The translations under genes and the position numbers were made by a program. A DNA stretch of 63,355 nt, counting the filler, from Octopus bimaculoides (taxonomy: Eukaryota), in assembly GCF_001194135.2 (NCBI RefSeq). It is 3 parts of 3 records of this genome, joined end to end, with 100 filler letters (N's around TTAATTAATTAA, not from the genome) between each part and the next. Parts side by side here need not be neighbours in the genome. Positions count along the whole stretch, not along the records: positions 49,464 to 63,355 come from NC_068983.1; 2 more parts are not named here. One strand, written 5' to 3'. A model generated the notes under the pieces. It had not been told where the DNA came from and made no database searches. It saw only the letters and a list, made by a program, of their open reading frames with translations. This document shows, piece after piece, positions 63,320 through 63,355 of this stretch (positions are counted from its first letter, which is position 1; each line of letters starts with the position of its first letter).

Positions 63320-63355
<36 letters not shown>

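Noticed and set aside
435-63355. Most ORF-track entries (YIYI, HTHT, VCVC, ERER, poly-X)
   Set aside because: Translations of microsatellites and N-gaps, or antisense frames of SINEs.

Overview
Animal (metazoan) genomic DNA: AT-rich, microsatellite-dense, with about 15 N-gaps. The repeat families and one conserved exon point to an octopus, most likely an Octopus bimaculoides-type scaffold; the species call is inference from recognised repeats, not from a search. Nearly all ORF-track entries are microsatellite or N-gap artefacts. Only one host coding exon is confidently recognisable: 55703-55925 (+), encoding part of the N-terminal exonuclease-like domain of ESRP1/2 (fusilli). It is followed by a textbook U12 minor-spliceosome donor, GTATCCTTT. 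The rest is layered transposon debris: roughly 30-35 tRNA-derived SINE copies of 3 families plus a fourth unassigned dispersed repeat; RTE, R4/Dong, Tx1/L1, CR1/L2 and Penelope-like LINE relics; mariner and maT (DD37D) relics; and several foldback, piggyBac-type and 8-bp-TSD MITEs. The most interesting signals are the ESRP minor intron, a 96%-identical 202-bp palindrome inside that intron, a TSD-bounded 5'-inverted RTE insertion with twin-priming geometry, a PHD finger inside an RTE ORF, and a hairpin-rich 66-bp VNTR in RTE 3' UTRs. There is no evidence for CRISPR arrays, rRNA or real tRNA genes. Family names are from recalled motifs. SINE and relic boundaries are approximate (about +/-10-20 bp).
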